From NCBI GenBank assembly GCA_032718475.1, contig JAUCBJ010007860.1, positions 70,901 to 134,900 of the forward strand: DNA of 64,000 nucleotides, read 5' to 3'. Below, piece after piece: positions 63,501 to 64,000 of this stretch. The position numbers and the translations under genes were made by a program. The DNA is from Nemertoderma westbladi (Eukaryota; Animalia; Xenacoelomorpha). The first letter of the stretch is position 1; each line of letters begins with the position of its first letter. The notes beneath the pieces were generated by a model. That model worked only from the letters and a program-made list of their open reading frames with translations. It had not been told where the DNA came from and ran no database searches.

Positions 63501-64000
63501 GGAATTCGAACGAAACAGCCCGAGTCAGGTAAGTGAGTCCGAACTACATGTCCAATTTAGTGATGTGAACGACACTGATCAATCTGAGATGGAAGGATTC
63601 TATACGGACGAGTTCTCCGACCAAAACGAATCCTGTTACCTAATAAACACCACCGCAGTGTATCGAGTACTCGTGCATGAGAAAGACACAGACAGCGACC
63701 TTACCTTAACTACTTCCGATCAACAACCATCTTGGAAAGCGCCAACTTCCAATATAGGAATCCGAGAATTTCCTGTAGTCCAGTTACGGGTCCACGGACC
63801 TCAGAAGAGCTATATAGTGAACGCCCTCCTGGACTCCGGCAGCACAGGAACATTCATCGATAAAGAGTTAGCCGAAGATATATTTGCTGGACAACCCAAG
63901 TTCCAAACTAAGCTCAATATGTCGGGCATTATGCAAGTTTGGAAATCTACAATAACAGCTGATTATTATGTCGGAGCGTTGTCCACCCCCCAGGACGAAT
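57549..64000 (+). mobile_element. BEL/Pao element 3, diverged relative of element 2 in the opposite orientation, truncated by the window end
   Basis: LTR 57549-58755 (TGTAAAAGCTTTTGTGGG...GCGCGAACA) has the same termini as element 2; homologous 2.2-kb leader and gag. Confidence 0.93.
60940..64000 (+). CDS. gag-protease part of the element 3 polyprotein (open to the window end, missing from the ORF track)
   Basis: MSDAKQNLSDSLLDTTESE..YLSDYQRF..; CVLCDGPH, CYNCLRRGHQRRTC, NALLDSGSTG. Confidence 0.9.
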   Translation, partial: MSDAKQNLSDSLLDTTESEATAEKPHKRDAIDIYLSDYQRFVGDEELRRRLEGLSPNSEGTKLVLDAIDAEMLAANQAKFDEQLRITRVQEEQVKKKLIEHRKKAAVAAAEAKAAEAGRKAAAAAAKAAAAAEAERKVAEAERKAAEAVAEAERRATEETTQLELEYIQENQDCINKQLTASNMQMMNRSTPKRQGYTSSEEGDTTDTEGKGNRSRLSRHKRTFHRQKLPDLPPAVRRQLNNTNLGSTEPTDQIITIERLPTIVDEPEISRPVLEITPSVIDTPVLPEATYKFPLHSTKLPVPRRTAQETVQVLDPERNIPNLSPVVPRLPATTLADPVSAVDWVDERRRGMDILLGEMNENRIRSSQQVRELEGTVQHLKGTVRESKLELQEVQQSIALERDKLVNTQRGIPPPSVTMCQPVRSEVSHAQGVEPTRIYTASEVETPIVNPIKGNYKLVDNDIPYRPDHNPRNLDTNNSIFNNTMAQESFTRQMARTEARQAVKVGEIVKFNGDEMKWLPFNEYYKDNIQNSVLSNGEKLRFLIECLEGPPKSMALKFIGHPDGLRQVWDTLNIRYGNRNDIAGYLYAKLMAPRKFLSSGIIEFSDEIQEICRQLDWLGKSHEYQNSMVVRALASALPKGGVGTRWDKKVLYMMEQQRRDPTMTDLMSFLDREVKLQLLRQSREKTLENKVSEKPVSRRRVTPVCYTDDGESQTSQGEDSGKDTDRPYYVNKMPKEQVSKSKSRPNDRREPVQKTPPTSPKGIQVRKPEERTSVHHIAQVKVSNIKPKCVLCDGPHRLNACDKFLRKSLEDRREVMWDKRLCYNCLRRGHQRRTCNSDARCAKCGANHHILLHTEFERNSPSQVSESELHVQFSDVNDTDQSEMEGFYTDEFSDQNESCYLINTTAVYRVLVHEKDTDSDLTLTTSDQQPSWKAPTSNIGIREFPVVQLRVHGPQKSYIVNALLDSGSTGTFIDKELAEDIFAGQPKFQTKLNMSGIMQVWKSTITADYYVGALSTPQDE

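Overview
Eukaryotic (probably invertebrate animal) genomic DNA, not prokaryotic; most short entries in the ORF track are shadows. Host content: a 31-bp satellite (1-2308), an intronless SAMHD1-like HD-domain gene with altered active-site residues, and a 5-exon subtilisin/kexin proprotein convertase gene. The convertase has an 18.7-kb intron 2 filled with nested mobile elements: an old RTE-like LINE, a full-length BEL/Pao LTR retrotransposon, a second LINE, a piggyBac-type MITE and a ~300-bp insertion carrying a hammerhead ribozyme. Downstream lie an 18.8-kb BEL/Pao element (minus strand) and the 5' part of a related element. Best leads: (1) the 18.8-kb element carries a reconstructable ~1414-aa accessory ORF with a DEDDy-type 3'-5' exonuclease fold and three zinc knuckles, preceded by a long hairpin; (2) an array of ~15 co-varying stem-loops directly after pol in the first BEL/Pao element; (3) a minimal type I hammerhead ribozyme in a small TSD-flanked insertion. 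All alignments and counts were done by eye.
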